Of a stretch of 32,000 nt of DNA, positions 25,154-32,000 are shown one piece after another. This stretch comes from Candidatus Electronema halotolerans. GTDB taxonomy: Bacteria; Desulfobacterota; Desulfobulbia; Desulfobulbales; Desulfobulbaceae. The notes beneath the pieces were generated by a model that ran no database searches, was not told where the DNA came from, and saw only the letters and a list, made by a program, of their open reading frames with translations. The stretch is from assembly GCA_942493095.1 (NCBI GenBank), contig OW818675.1:510001-542000 (forward strand), written 5' to 3'. The position numbers and the translations under genes are program-made. How positions within the stretch are numbered: position 1 is the first letter of the stretch; each line of letters begins with the position of its first letter.

Positions 25154-25373
25154 TGTTGAAAACTTGTTGAAAACCTGTTGATAACTTGTTGATAACTTCC
25201 TGCCGCCGCTGCCGCCCGCCGAGTTATCAACAAGTTATTAACAAAGTTATCAACACCTCTTTTACTGAAAAACAAGCAGGTTGCGTTAGTTTTCAACAGG
25301 TGCGGCCCGTCCCAACAACAATAGGTTATATATATACAATATATTTATTAAGGCCGCTCCGACCTGTGGAAAA
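25154..25373. promoter_or_regulatory. Cluster of DnaA-box-like 9-mers flanking an AT-rich tract; candidate origin-like or DnaA-binding region
   Basis: TGTTGAAAA 25154, 25165; TGTTGATAA 25176, 25187 (11-nt period); TTATCAACA 25224; TTATTAACA 25235; TTATCAACA 25247; TTTTCAACA 25290; TGTGGAAAA (=TTTTCCACA) 25365. AT tract ataggttatatatatacaatatatttatta 25321..25350. Confidence 0.45.
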
Positions 25374-25453
25374 CTGCGTCATAAAAAAAGCCCGTGACCA
25401 AAAAGATCACGGGCTGCGAACATCTTTGAACGAAAAACGGTCAGCGGCTCACC
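25364..25453. repeat. ~90-bp direct repeat, copy A (contains terminator hairpin)
   Basis: ctgtggaaaactgcgtcat...agcccgtga..tcacgggctgcgaacatctttgaacgaaaaacggtcagcggctcacc; matches 26460..26549 at equal length. Confidence 0.8.
25384..25414 (-). terminator. Rho-independent terminator for the minus-strand gene 25510..26331
   Basis: Minus strand reads agcccgtgatctttttggtcacgggcttttttt: 9-bp GC-rich stem plus T run. Confidence 0.8.
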
Positions 25454-25509
25454 GTAGCTGAAAAAAAGAGGCGGAAAACTGGAAACTGCGTTGGAGATTC
25501 AAATTATCG

Positions 25510-26331
25510 TTATATATCAAACAGATTCAGTTGAACAAAACCGGGTTCTTTCAAATTGATTTTTTGCTGGGCAGACTCACCTTCTTTCAAACCGCCTAAT
25601 CTGTTGATATTTTTTACTATTGTCGGGACACAATATTCGGATGCGCTTTCTTTTACTTGGAGGGTATTAAAACGAAGCACTCTCCAGCCTTCTGTTTTCA
25701 AATTATTGTCACGAACATTATCTTTTGCGGCTTGTTGACGATTTGCGTGCCAAAAGTCTCCGTCTGTTTCAACGTCAATCTTTCCTGATTGACAATATAT
25801 TGCAAAATCCAAAGCATAGTGTCTGTTATTAACATTTACAAACTCCTGACGTTCCGCATTTATCTGCAACCGTTTAAATTCTGACCATAAACGGTCTTCA
25901 AGGGGACTTGCATCGAAAAGATCATTTATTTCAACTGCTGTGACAAACTTTTCCCATGTTGTCGAAATGAACACTAATCGTCTGTAACGCCTGCTGAGAA
26001 TAGGTTTTGGTAAACGTTTAAGGGGCGGATCGATAAAAATTTGGTAATACCTTTTCCTGCTTTTTACATTAGCAGGTTCATCAGGAAAAAGCTGCCATCT
26101 GTAAGCCTTTTTGATATCTAATATTTTCGCGTAATAGTTTATCGCATAAGCATCTTTGCCAAAGACTTTCGTCATGTAAAACGCTATAAAGCAAGGAGGC
26201 CAACGCTTTTTCAGCCATTTCTCAACGCTGCTGACAGGAATCCGATACCAATGCTTTTCATTCACAATGGAAAAATCATGCAAATTGTTAATTATTGCCA
26301 CAAGCACTTCGTTATGCAAATCGTTATCCAT
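25510..26331 (-). CDS. PD-(D/E)XK / DUF559-like endonuclease-fold protein
   Basis: 273 aa; C-terminal LEDRLWSEFKRLQINAERQEFVNVNNRHYALDFAIYCQSGKIDVETDGDFWHANRQQAAKDNVRDNNLKTEGWRVLRFNTLQVKE resembles DUF559/Vsr-like cores (LDFAI..K..VETDG..WH....D..RD..L...GWRVLRF). Confidence 0.75.
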   Translation of the reverse strand: MDNDLHNEVLVAIINNLHDFSIVNEKHWYRIPVSSVEKWLKKRWPPCFIAFYMTKVFGKDAYAINYYAKILDIKKAYRWQLFPDEPANVKSRKRYYQIFIDPPLKRLPKPILSRRYRRLVFISTTWEKFVTAVEINDLFDASPLEDRLWSEFKRLQINAERQEFVNVNNRHYALDFAIYCQSGKIDVETDGDFWHANRQQAAKDNVRDNNLKTEGWRVLRFNTLQVKESASEYCVPTIVKNINRLGGLKEGESAQQKINLKEPGFVQLNLFDI

Positions 26332-26459
26332 TACAACAGCTTCAAATGAAGGCCTTCAACAGCAGCCAAGTTAATCCGCGCATCTGCCCCCTCCACGCGA
26401 GAACTTCAGCACTTTCCGAAAAATCATCCAAGGCATGGAATTTCAGACAGTACCAATCT

Positions 26460-26549
26460 GTGAAAAACTGCGCCATGAAAAAAGCCCGTGACCAGAAGAT
26501 CACGGGCTGCGAAACATCTCTGAACGAAAAAGCTCGTCAGCGGCTCACC
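26460..26549. repeat. ~90-bp direct repeat, copy B (contains terminator hairpin)
   Basis: ctgtgaaaaactgcgccatgaaaaaagcccgtgaccagaagatcacgggctgcgaaacatctctgaacgaaaaagctcgtcagcggctcacc. Confidence 0.8.
26480..26509 (-). terminator. Rho-independent terminator downstream of the minus-strand sulfur-trafficking operon
   Basis: Minus strand reads agcccgtgatcttctggtcacgggctttttt. Confidence 0.8.
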
Positions 26550-26718
26550 ACCAGCAGACAGTCTTGTCAGCGGCGAAAATCTTGCTCACCAGCTCATCGT
26601 AGTTGGGATTTTCCTCATAGAGACGGAATTCATCCGCCTCCCGGTCACGGTTGAGAATCTCAACCAAGGTCGTGACCACCTCGTTCGGCTCGGAACGATA
26701 CACTTGCAGCATTTTCAT
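26545..26718 (-). CDS. Small 57-aa protein, last gene of the sulfur-trafficking operon
   Basis: Read from sequence (below ORF-track cutoff): MKMLQVYRSEPNEVVTTLVEILNRDREADEFRLYEENPNYDELVSKIFAADKTVCWW*; AGGAGAAG RBS just upstream. Confidence 0.7.
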   Translation of the reverse strand: MKMLQVYRSEPNEVVTTLVEILNRDREADEFRLYEENPNYDELVSKIFAADKTVCWW

Positions 26719-26733
26719 GATGATCTTCTCCTC

Positions 26734-27081
26734 CTATTCCGCGCAGGCTGGCGGCGGCTCATTGGTCTGCTTGGACAGGCCGTAGGGAATGATGATATCA
26801 GCCTCGCGCATTCTCTCGCCCAGGGCCTGAAGATCGATTTCAGTCAGAGACACGTCCTCCGGCAGATCATCCGGCGCAGGCGCGCCGCAGGTGAAGACCT
26901 CGCCCTCCATGTCGGCAATCCAAGCGATGTTCTCAGCCATGTAGCTGGAGAACTTCGGAAATTCTCCGTTCAAGATCACCGGGTAGCCGTAGTGGTTCTC
27001 TACGGCCAGCCCCAGTGCCGAACGGATGCCGTCGTTGTACATCCGGTTGGCGATCAGCACATATACTTTCAGCGATTCCAT
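26734..27081 (-). CDS. Hypothetical protein associated with DsrE/TusA (YTD-type locus)
   Basis: 115 aa MESLKVYVLIANRMYNDGIRSALGLAVENHYGYPVILNGEFPKFSSYMAENIAWIADMEGEVFTCGAPAPDDLPED...; co-oriented and tightly spaced with the DsrE-like gene. Confidence 0.7.
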   Translation of the reverse strand: MESLKVYVLIANRMYNDGIRSALGLAVENHYGYPVILNGEFPKFSSYMAENIAWIADMEGEVFTCGAPAPDDLPEDVSLTEIDLQALGERMREADIIIPYGLSKQTNEPPPACAE

Positions 27082-27094
27082 AGCAGGGGCCTCC

Positions 27095-27427
27095 TTATAA
27101 GACGATGTACTTGCCGCATTCGTCCAGCAGCGCGCCGTGGAATGCCTGAGTTCGCATCTGCTTGGCGGTCAGTCCGGCAGGAATGTCCTTAGCCGAGTCA
27201 TAGCCCTCGCAGGTGTAGCTGTCCGCGCAGATGGCCAAGTTGTCCTCGCCGCACAGCTCGGCCAGCGGCTGAAAGCGGGGGTCCTTGGTCAGATGAACGG
27301 ATTTGTAGGTAAAGAAAATCATCGGCTTTTTGCCAGCTCTTGCCGCAGCTTGGGCAATTCCCACCACATGCGTCATCTGCTGGGGCGAGGTGACAAAAAT
27401 CGCCAGTTTGTCTGGATCAGCAGCCAT
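27095..27427 (-). CDS. DsrE-family protein
   Basis: 110 aa; KLAIFVTSPQQMTHVVGIAQAAARAGKKPMIFFTYKSVHLTKD..., C-terminal region AKQMRTQAFHGALLDECGKYIVL. Confidence 0.75.
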   Translation of the reverse strand: MAADPDKLAIFVTSPQQMTHVVGIAQAAARAGKKPMIFFTYKSVHLTKDPRFQPLAELCGEDNLAICADSYTCEGYDSAKDIPAGLTAKQMRTQAFHGALLDECGKYIVL

Positions 27428-27476
27428 TTGGCTTATCCTCCTTGGTTATGGCTTTGCAAAGCGGTTGCGGAAAGAA

Positions 27477-27734
27477 TCAGCCCTTCTGAACAAAAAAGCT
27501 CATGTAGCCGGTCTCTTCCTTCTCGCCCAGATACTCATGACCGGCCCGGGCGCACCAGCCAGGAATGTCGTTGCGGGAACCAGGATCAGTGCCGTCAACC
27601 TGGAGGATTTCTCCAGTATTGATCTTGTTGATTTCCTTTTTGGTTTTCAACAGCGGCATTGGGCAGCTCAAACCTTTCGCATCCAGAACCGCAGCCGGGG
27701 TCAGGCCCTCAGGGGCTTTTTTCACATCGCTCAT
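27477..27734 (-). CDS. TusA-family sulfurtransferase
   Basis: AAVLDAKGLSCPMPLLKTKKEINKINTGEILQVDGTDPGSRNDIPGWCARAGHEYLGEKEETGYMSFFVQKG: canonical LDxxGLxCPxPLLKTK. Confidence 0.92.
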   Translation of the reverse strand: MSDVKKAPEGLTPAAVLDAKGLSCPMPLLKTKKEINKINTGEILQVDGTDPGSRNDIPGWCARAGHEYLGEKEETGYMSFFVQKG

Positions 27735-28189
27735 TGTGCATTCTCCTTATCGTGAATGAAAAAAAAAGAGTGGTTATTCCTTGTGCTGAACTGCCTTTGA
27801 TCAGGCCTTTTTTTCAGCTCATCAGCTAACTGAGATTTGTTCTCTATAACGAATGCAAACCTGTCTGTCAAGCTATTTCCTGCCGGAACGCCTTTGGCAG
27901 CCGGAAGGTCATCTTGTTTGAATAGCAGGGAAAAATAAACAACCCGTTGTCTATCCGCTTGATCTGGCGGCTGATTCCCTGAAAAAAATCTTGCAGGAAT
28001 GTCAGACTTTCGCAAACCCTGTCCGCCTAAAATCCTCAAGAAAAAAACTGTACAAACAGGACGGAAAATTATAAAATATTTTTCCGACAATTCAGCGCCA
28101 ACAGACTGCCTCTGCTTTTTTGGCGGAGACAGTTTATGAACAGACTGTATAACTGTCGGAACCTCAAGAGAAAAGAGGATGGAGAGACT

Positions 28190-29515
28190 ATGAGTGAATC
28201 AAGTTTTGTCGGCAAGACAAGAAACCTGTACAAGCAGGTCTGCGAGACTGAGTGGGAGGCCAACATCACCGGCGTGATTGTCGCCCTGCTCAGTATCCTG
28301 CTGATGGTCTGGTGGCGGCCTTGGGGCGCAGTGGGGGCGATCCGCAACTGGGGCGACTGGCTGCTCTCCTTTGTCGGCGGCGCAACTCCCAAGTCAATTT
28401 TCATTGACTCCGGCTCCGTGATCGGCATCGGCTTTCTCGGCGGAGCCTTTCTCTCCGCCTTTTTGGCCGGACAGTTCGCCTTCCGTTTTCCACCCTACCG
28501 CGAGGCGGTCAAAGGCGCAATCGCCGGAGTGCTGATGGGAGTCGGCTCGGCCTTGGCTGGCGGCTGCAATGTCGGCGGCATGTACAACGCCCTTGGCAAT
28601 CTGGCCGCCAACGGCTTCAGCATGTGGCTGGGAATCGTCGCCGGAGTCCTCCTCGGTCTCTGGCTGATCTACAAGGAAATGGAGCATATTTCCTGGGGCG
28701 ACAACGGCGCGTGGACTGTTGACCTGCCCCGCGAGCTGCAAACCCTGCTCGGCCTGCTGACCTTTTTCGCCCTGCTTGCCGGAGCGCGCTGGTACAGCAG
28801 CTACAGCGGCGAGGACAACGCTGACATCATCACCTCGCTGTCCGGGGTGCTGCTGCTGGCCGCAGGCATCGGCTATGCCATGCACCGGGGCCGCTGGTGC
28901 ATGATTCAGGGCTTCCGCGAGCCGCACATGACGGGCGACTGCACCTTGGCCAAATCTGTGGCGCTGTCCATTTTCGTCCTTGCCATTGGCGGGGCAGTGG
29001 TCAAATATGCCGTACCGGTCAAAGGCGCGGCAGTGCTCAATCCTGCCTATTATGTGCGCGGCACCTTTGGCTGGGGCGGCGTGCTGGGCGGCTTCCTCTT
29101 TGGAATAGGCGGCATGTTCGCAGGCGGCTGCGGCTCCGGCACCCTCTGGCGGGTCGGCGAAGGTCAGCTCAAGCTCTGGATTGTCGTGCCCTTCTTCGGC
29201 ATAGCCAATTCCCTGATGACCAAATGGTTCAGCATGGATGTCGAGGTCAGCGGCAATGGCCTCAAGAGCCTGATGGCTCAGGCAAAACTTGGTCTGATCG
29301 GCTATGATGTTGACGAGGTCAAGGAAGCGATTGCAACAGGCGGCAGTCTGACAGTCTCCGGCATTGAGAAGGCCGGGTATCTGGGCCGATACATCTACAT
29401 GCCCGATGCCATCGGCTTTGGCTGGACCTTAACCATCATCACCTTTATGATGGCCCTCTGGTATGTGGTTGTGACCTGGAACGAGGAGAGCAACAAGCTG
29501 ATCGTGCCCATGTGA
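28190..29515 (+). CDS. YeeE/YedE-family sulfur-compound transporter
   Basis: Start ATG 28190. Repeated Cys-bearing motifs GVGSALAGGCNVGGMYNALGNLAANGFSMWLG and FGIGGMFAGGCGSGTLWRVGEGQLKLWIV; ~10 TM segments. Confidence 0.9.
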   Translation: MSESSFVGKTRNLYKQVCETEWEANITGVIVALLSILLMVWWRPWGAVGAIRNWGDWLLSFVGGATPKSIFIDSGSVIGIGFLGGAFLSAFLAGQFAFRFPPYREAVKGAIAGVLMGVGSALAGGCNVGGMYNALGNLAANGFSMWLGIVAGVLLGLWLIYKEMEHISWGDNGAWTVDLPRELQTLLGLLTFFALLAGARWYSSYSGEDNADIITSLSGVLLLAAGIGYAMHRGRWCMIQGFREPHMTGDCTLAKSVALSIFVLAIGGAVVKYAVPVKGAAVLNPAYYVRGTFGWGGVLGGFLFGIGGMFAGGCGSGTLWRVGEGQLKLWIVVPFFGIANSLMTKWFSMDVEVSGNGLKSLMAQAKLGLIGYDVDEVKEAIATGGSLTVSGIEKAGYLGRYIYMPDAIGFGWTLTIITFMMALWYVVVTWNEESNKLIVPM

Positions 29516-29540
29516 TCAGCCTGCGGTCATGGATGGAAAA

Positions 29541-29576
29541 AAACGCTGCGTCCGGCAATGGCGCAGCGTTTTTTTT
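29541..29576 (+). terminator. Rho-independent terminator after the YedE gene
   Basis: aacgctgcg (29542..29550) / cgcagcgtt (29562..29570) followed by an uninterrupted T run. Confidence 0.85.
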
Positions 29577-29669
29577 GCTGAAAACGCAAAAAGAGCCTTG
29601 ACTTTTCCTCCTTGCAGTGTTTGTGTTAGCGCAGGAGCTTGTTTTTTCATCAAGAAAAGGAGGGGCAAA

Positions 29670-29918
29670 ATGAAAGCGTTCTTTGGAATGACTGCTGCCG
29701 TGCTGCTGGTTGTGACGATGCTCTTTGTGGCATTGCCCGGAACTGCGATAGTTTTTTATGATACAAACTGCGAAAACAACAACGTAGTTTATACTGCAAT
29801 CAGCAAAATTAAGGAAAAGTGCAGCGTAAAGAAATGTGTCTCCAATTATTTCATCAAGTCTGCAAACGCAAAAGTATCGGCCAGCGGAATGCCCCTCCCT
29901 GCTGCCCGGCCAAAATAA
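29670..29918 (+). CDS. Small exported/membrane-anchored hypothetical protein
   Basis: MKAFFGMTAAVLLVVTMLFVALPGTAIVFYDTNCENNNVVYTAISKIKEKCSVKKC...; strong RBS aggaggggcaaaATG. Confidence 0.6.
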   Translation: MKAFFGMTAAVLLVVTMLFVALPGTAIVFYDTNCENNNVVYTAISKIKEKCSVKKCVSNYFIKSANAKVSASGMPLPAARPK

Positions 29919-29938
29919 GGGGCAAAAGGAAAACAGAA

Positions 29939-30307
29939 ATGAATTGGTATTTGGAAGTGGTGAAAAAGTATGCTGAATTCTCTGGAAGGGCACGGCGGAT
30001 GGAATACTGGATGTTTGCTCTTTTCAACGTCATCATCGCCTTTGCATTGGGTATTTTTGAAGGAATATTCGGGGCAATCATAGGAGTTGACCTGAATATT
30101 CTGTCATTTCTTTACGCAGCTGCCATCTTGCTGCCGAGCATCGCTGTTACAGTGCGGCGACTGCATGATACAGGCCGGAGCGGCTTGTGGATTCTCATTG
30201 GTCTTGTCCCAGTTATCGGCTGGTTCGCATTGCTTGTATTTTGTGTGCAGGACAGCCAGCCGGGCCAAAATCAATATGGCTCCAATCCAAAGGAGATCAC
30301 CTCCTGA
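29939..30307 (+). CDS. DUF805-family membrane protein
   Basis: 122 aa; FSGRARRMEYWMFALFN, ILLPSIAVTVRRLHDTGRSGLWILIGLVPVIGW, PGQNQYGSNP. Confidence 0.92.
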   Translation: MNWYLEVVKKYAEFSGRARRMEYWMFALFNVIIAFALGIFEGIFGAIIGVDLNILSFLYAAAILLPSIAVTVRRLHDTGRSGLWILIGLVPVIGWFALLVFCVQDSQPGQNQYGSNPKEITS

Positions 30308-30432
30308 AAGGATGCATCAGGGTTCTTGCTCGTTCCACGCTCCAGCACTGGAACACACAGCCCGCAACATGCTGCTTGCTTTACCGGGCAAATCTGGTTA
30401 GTTTGGTGCGTTGCAGCCATTGCCTTGATGAG

Positions 30433-30458
30433 GCGGGCGGCAACGCCCTCTTTTTTTT
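30433..30458 (+). terminator. Rho-independent terminator
   Basis: gggcg-gcaa-cgccc followed by tctttttttt. Confidence 0.65.
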
Positions 30459-30519
30459 CAAGGCAGCAGACGTTGCGCCTGCAACGGGTAAATCATCAAT
30501 AAAAAAGCGAGCATAGCCA

Positions 30520-31614
30520 ATGTCCAGCACCTGTCAGTCCTGCAAAACAGACCACGTCAATTTTCTTGAAGCGGCCTTCCGGCGCATCTTTCCCCAAGAC
30601 AGCGAGTTCCGTGACAAGGCCAAGGCGCGGCTGGAGCAGCTCACCATGCCGCACTGGGCCTTGGGCAGGCTGATGGACTTGGCCGTTGATCTGGCTGGCA
30701 TGACCCGCTCCCTGCATCCGCCGGTGGCGCGGAAACGGGTGGTAATCATGGTCGGCGACCACGGCGTGACTGCTGAGGGCGTGTCCAAGTTTCCCTCGGA
30801 AGTCACAGCCCAGATGGTCTATAATTTTGTCAATGGCGGGGCAGGCATCAATGCCTTGGCCCGGCAGGCGCGGGCCGAGGTCACTGTGGTTGACATGGGC
30901 TGCGCCGCTGATCTCACAGCCTTGGCTGAGGCGGGCAAGATTATCTCGAAGAAGATCGGCCCCGGCACAGCCAATATGGCCCTTGGCCCGGCCATGAGCC
31001 GCACCAACGCGGTCTTTGCGGTCGAGGCAGGCATCCAAGTGGCGGAGCAGCTTGCCCCGGAAACCGATATTTTTGCCACTGGCGAGATGGGCATTGGCAA
31101 CACCACGGCCAGCACCGCCATTGTCGCTGCTCTGAGCGGCAGAAGCATTGACGAGCTGACCGGGCGCGGCACTGGCTTGGATGATGCCCAGCTTGCCCAT
31201 AAGCAAAAGGTGCTGGAGCGCATTCTCCAAATCAACAAGCCGGATGCCAAGGACGGCTTGGACGTGCTGGCCAAGGTCGGCGGTTATGAGATCGGCGGCA
31301 TTGCCGGGCTGATCATCGGCGCGGCAGCCAACCGCAAGCCAGTGCTGGTCGATGGCTTCATCTCCACTGCCGGGGCCATGATCGCCTGCAAGCTGGAGCC
31401 GTTTGTCCGCGACTACATCATCTGCGCCCACCGCTCCGTGGAGCGGGGCCACGCCATCATGCAGGAGCAGCTCGGCTGCCAGCCGCTGCTGGATTTGCAG
31501 CTCCGGCTCGGCGAAGGCACAGGCGCGGCCTTGGCCATGAATATTGTCGAAGCCGCTGTGGCGGTGCTGACCGAAGTGGCCACCTTTGCCGAGGCAGGAG
31601 TGAGCGGCGCATGA
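30520..31614 (+). CDS. cobT: Nicotinate-nucleotide--dimethylbenzimidazole phosphoribosyltransferase
   Basis: VVIMVGDHGVTAEGVSKFPSEVTAQMV, GGAGINALARQA, GEMGIGNTTASTAIVAALSG, GTGLDDAQLAHK, HRSVERGHAIMQEQLGCQPLLDLQLRLGEGTGAALAM. Confidence 0.96.
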   Translation: MSSTCQSCKTDHVNFLEAAFRRIFPQDSEFRDKAKARLEQLTMPHWALGRLMDLAVDLAGMTRSLHPPVARKRVVIMVGDHGVTAEGVSKFPSEVTAQMVYNFVNGGAGINALARQARAEVTVVDMGCAADLTALAEAGKIISKKIGPGTANMALGPAMSRTNAVFAVEAGIQVAEQLAPETDIFATGEMGIGNTTASTAIVAALSGRSIDELTGRGTGLDDAQLAHKQKVLERILQINKPDAKDGLDVLAKVGGYEIGGIAGLIIGAAANRKPVLVDGFISTAGAMIACKLEPFVRDYIICAHRSVERGHAIMQEQLGCQPLLDLQLRLGEGTGAALAMNIVEAAVAVLTEVATFAEAGVSGA

Positions 31615-32000
31615 ACCGCTGGCGCAACAAGGACAGACCGAAACGGCCTGTGCCGACAAGGCAGCCGCAACTCCACATCGAGAAGGAGCAGCACCGCCAT
31701 TCATTCTCGGCTGGCAGCCTGCTGCGTCCTGTGGCCGCCTTTGCCGCAGCCCTGCGCTTTCTCACCATTCTGCCGCTGCCGGGCCGTTTTGGCACAGCGG
31801 AAAAGGACTTGGCTCATGCTGCGCCCTTTTTTCCCCTGATCGGCCTGCTCCTCGGCTGCGCCGCTGCTCCGGCGGCCAAACTGCTCTTCATCCTCCTGCC
31901 GCCTCTGCCTGCGGCAGTGCTGACCACCCTGCTCCTGCTCGCCTTTTCCGGCGGCCTCCATCTTGACGGACTGGCTGACACGGCAGACGGCTTCTTCTCC
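31611..32000 (+). CDS. cobS: Adenosylcobinamide-GDP ribazoletransferase, 5' part (runs off right edge)
   Basis: Start ATG 31611 overlaps the cobT stop (ATGA). LRFLTILPLPGRFGTAEKDLAHAAPFFPLIGLLLG...LLLLAFSGGLHLDGLADTADGFFS. Confidence 0.93.
   Translation, partial: MNRWRNKDRPKRPVPTRQPQLHIEKEQHRHSFSAGSLLRPVAAFAAALRFLTILPLPGRFGTAEKDLAHAAPFFPLIGLLLGCAAAPAAKLLFILLPPLPAAVLTTLLLLAFSGGLHLDGLADTADGFFS

Noticed and set aside
25176-25243. Interpretation of the 22-bp inverted repeat as a transcription terminator
   Set aside because: The stem is AT-rich with a 24-nt GC-rich loop and no adjacent T run on either strand; a true terminator hairpin with a T tract exists nearby at 25384..25414.
25154-25255. 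CRISPR-like interpretation of the 11-nt iterated repeats
   Set aside because: Units are 11 nt and contiguous with no spacers, and no cas genes are present; this fits an iteron/DnaA-box array, not CRISPR.
27731-28090. 119-aa minus-strand ORF between the TusA and YedE genes
   Set aside because: It ends overlapping the TusA start and has weak protein-like composition. The interval is more likely the divergent promoter region, though a real small gene is not excluded.
30308-30519. Possible cobalamin riboswitch upstream of cobT
   Set aside because: No recognisable B12-box; the interval contains a simple terminator hairpin instead.
30496-31704. 402-aa minus-strand ORF over cobT
   Set aside because: cobT on the plus strand is unambiguous; this is its shadow.

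Overview
The window is gene-dense, moderately GC-rich chromosomal DNA. It is probably from a sulfur-metabolising Desulfobulbales/Desulfobacterota-type bacterium; that lineage call is an inference from gene content only. Main blocks: (1) a thiol/peptide-ligase-like locus (GCS2-type glutamate-cysteine ligase, ATP-grasp-like protein, small ABC ATPase). (2) tsaD, two tandem DUF2062 genes, and rsmA/ksgA. (3) A glycosylation module (large membrane protein, GT2, STELLO-like GT). (4) A two-gene redox operon: an HdrC/heme-b-membrane/HdrD fusion followed by an HdrA-GltD fusion. (5) A tightly coupled six-gene nif-like operon. It has a NifB/NifX-like protein without the canonical radical-SAM CX3CX2C, a thioredoxin-like [2Fe-2S] protein, a GNAT, a HEPN-like protein, a hypothetical and a Nif11-family small protein. 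A beheaded second Nif11 copy lies about 1 kb downstream. (6) A striking intergenic array of DnaA-box-like 9-mers on an 11-bp period next to an AT-rich tract. (7) A PD-(D/E)XK-like/DUF559-like gene bracketed by ~90-bp direct repeats, each carrying a terminator. (8) A YedE/TusA/DsrE sulfur-trafficking locus with two small accompanying genes, matching the 'YTD' arrangement reported in sulfur disproportionators. (9) cobT and the start of cobS. No rRNA, tRNA or CRISPR array could be supported. All family assignments come from motif recognition by eye, without database searches.
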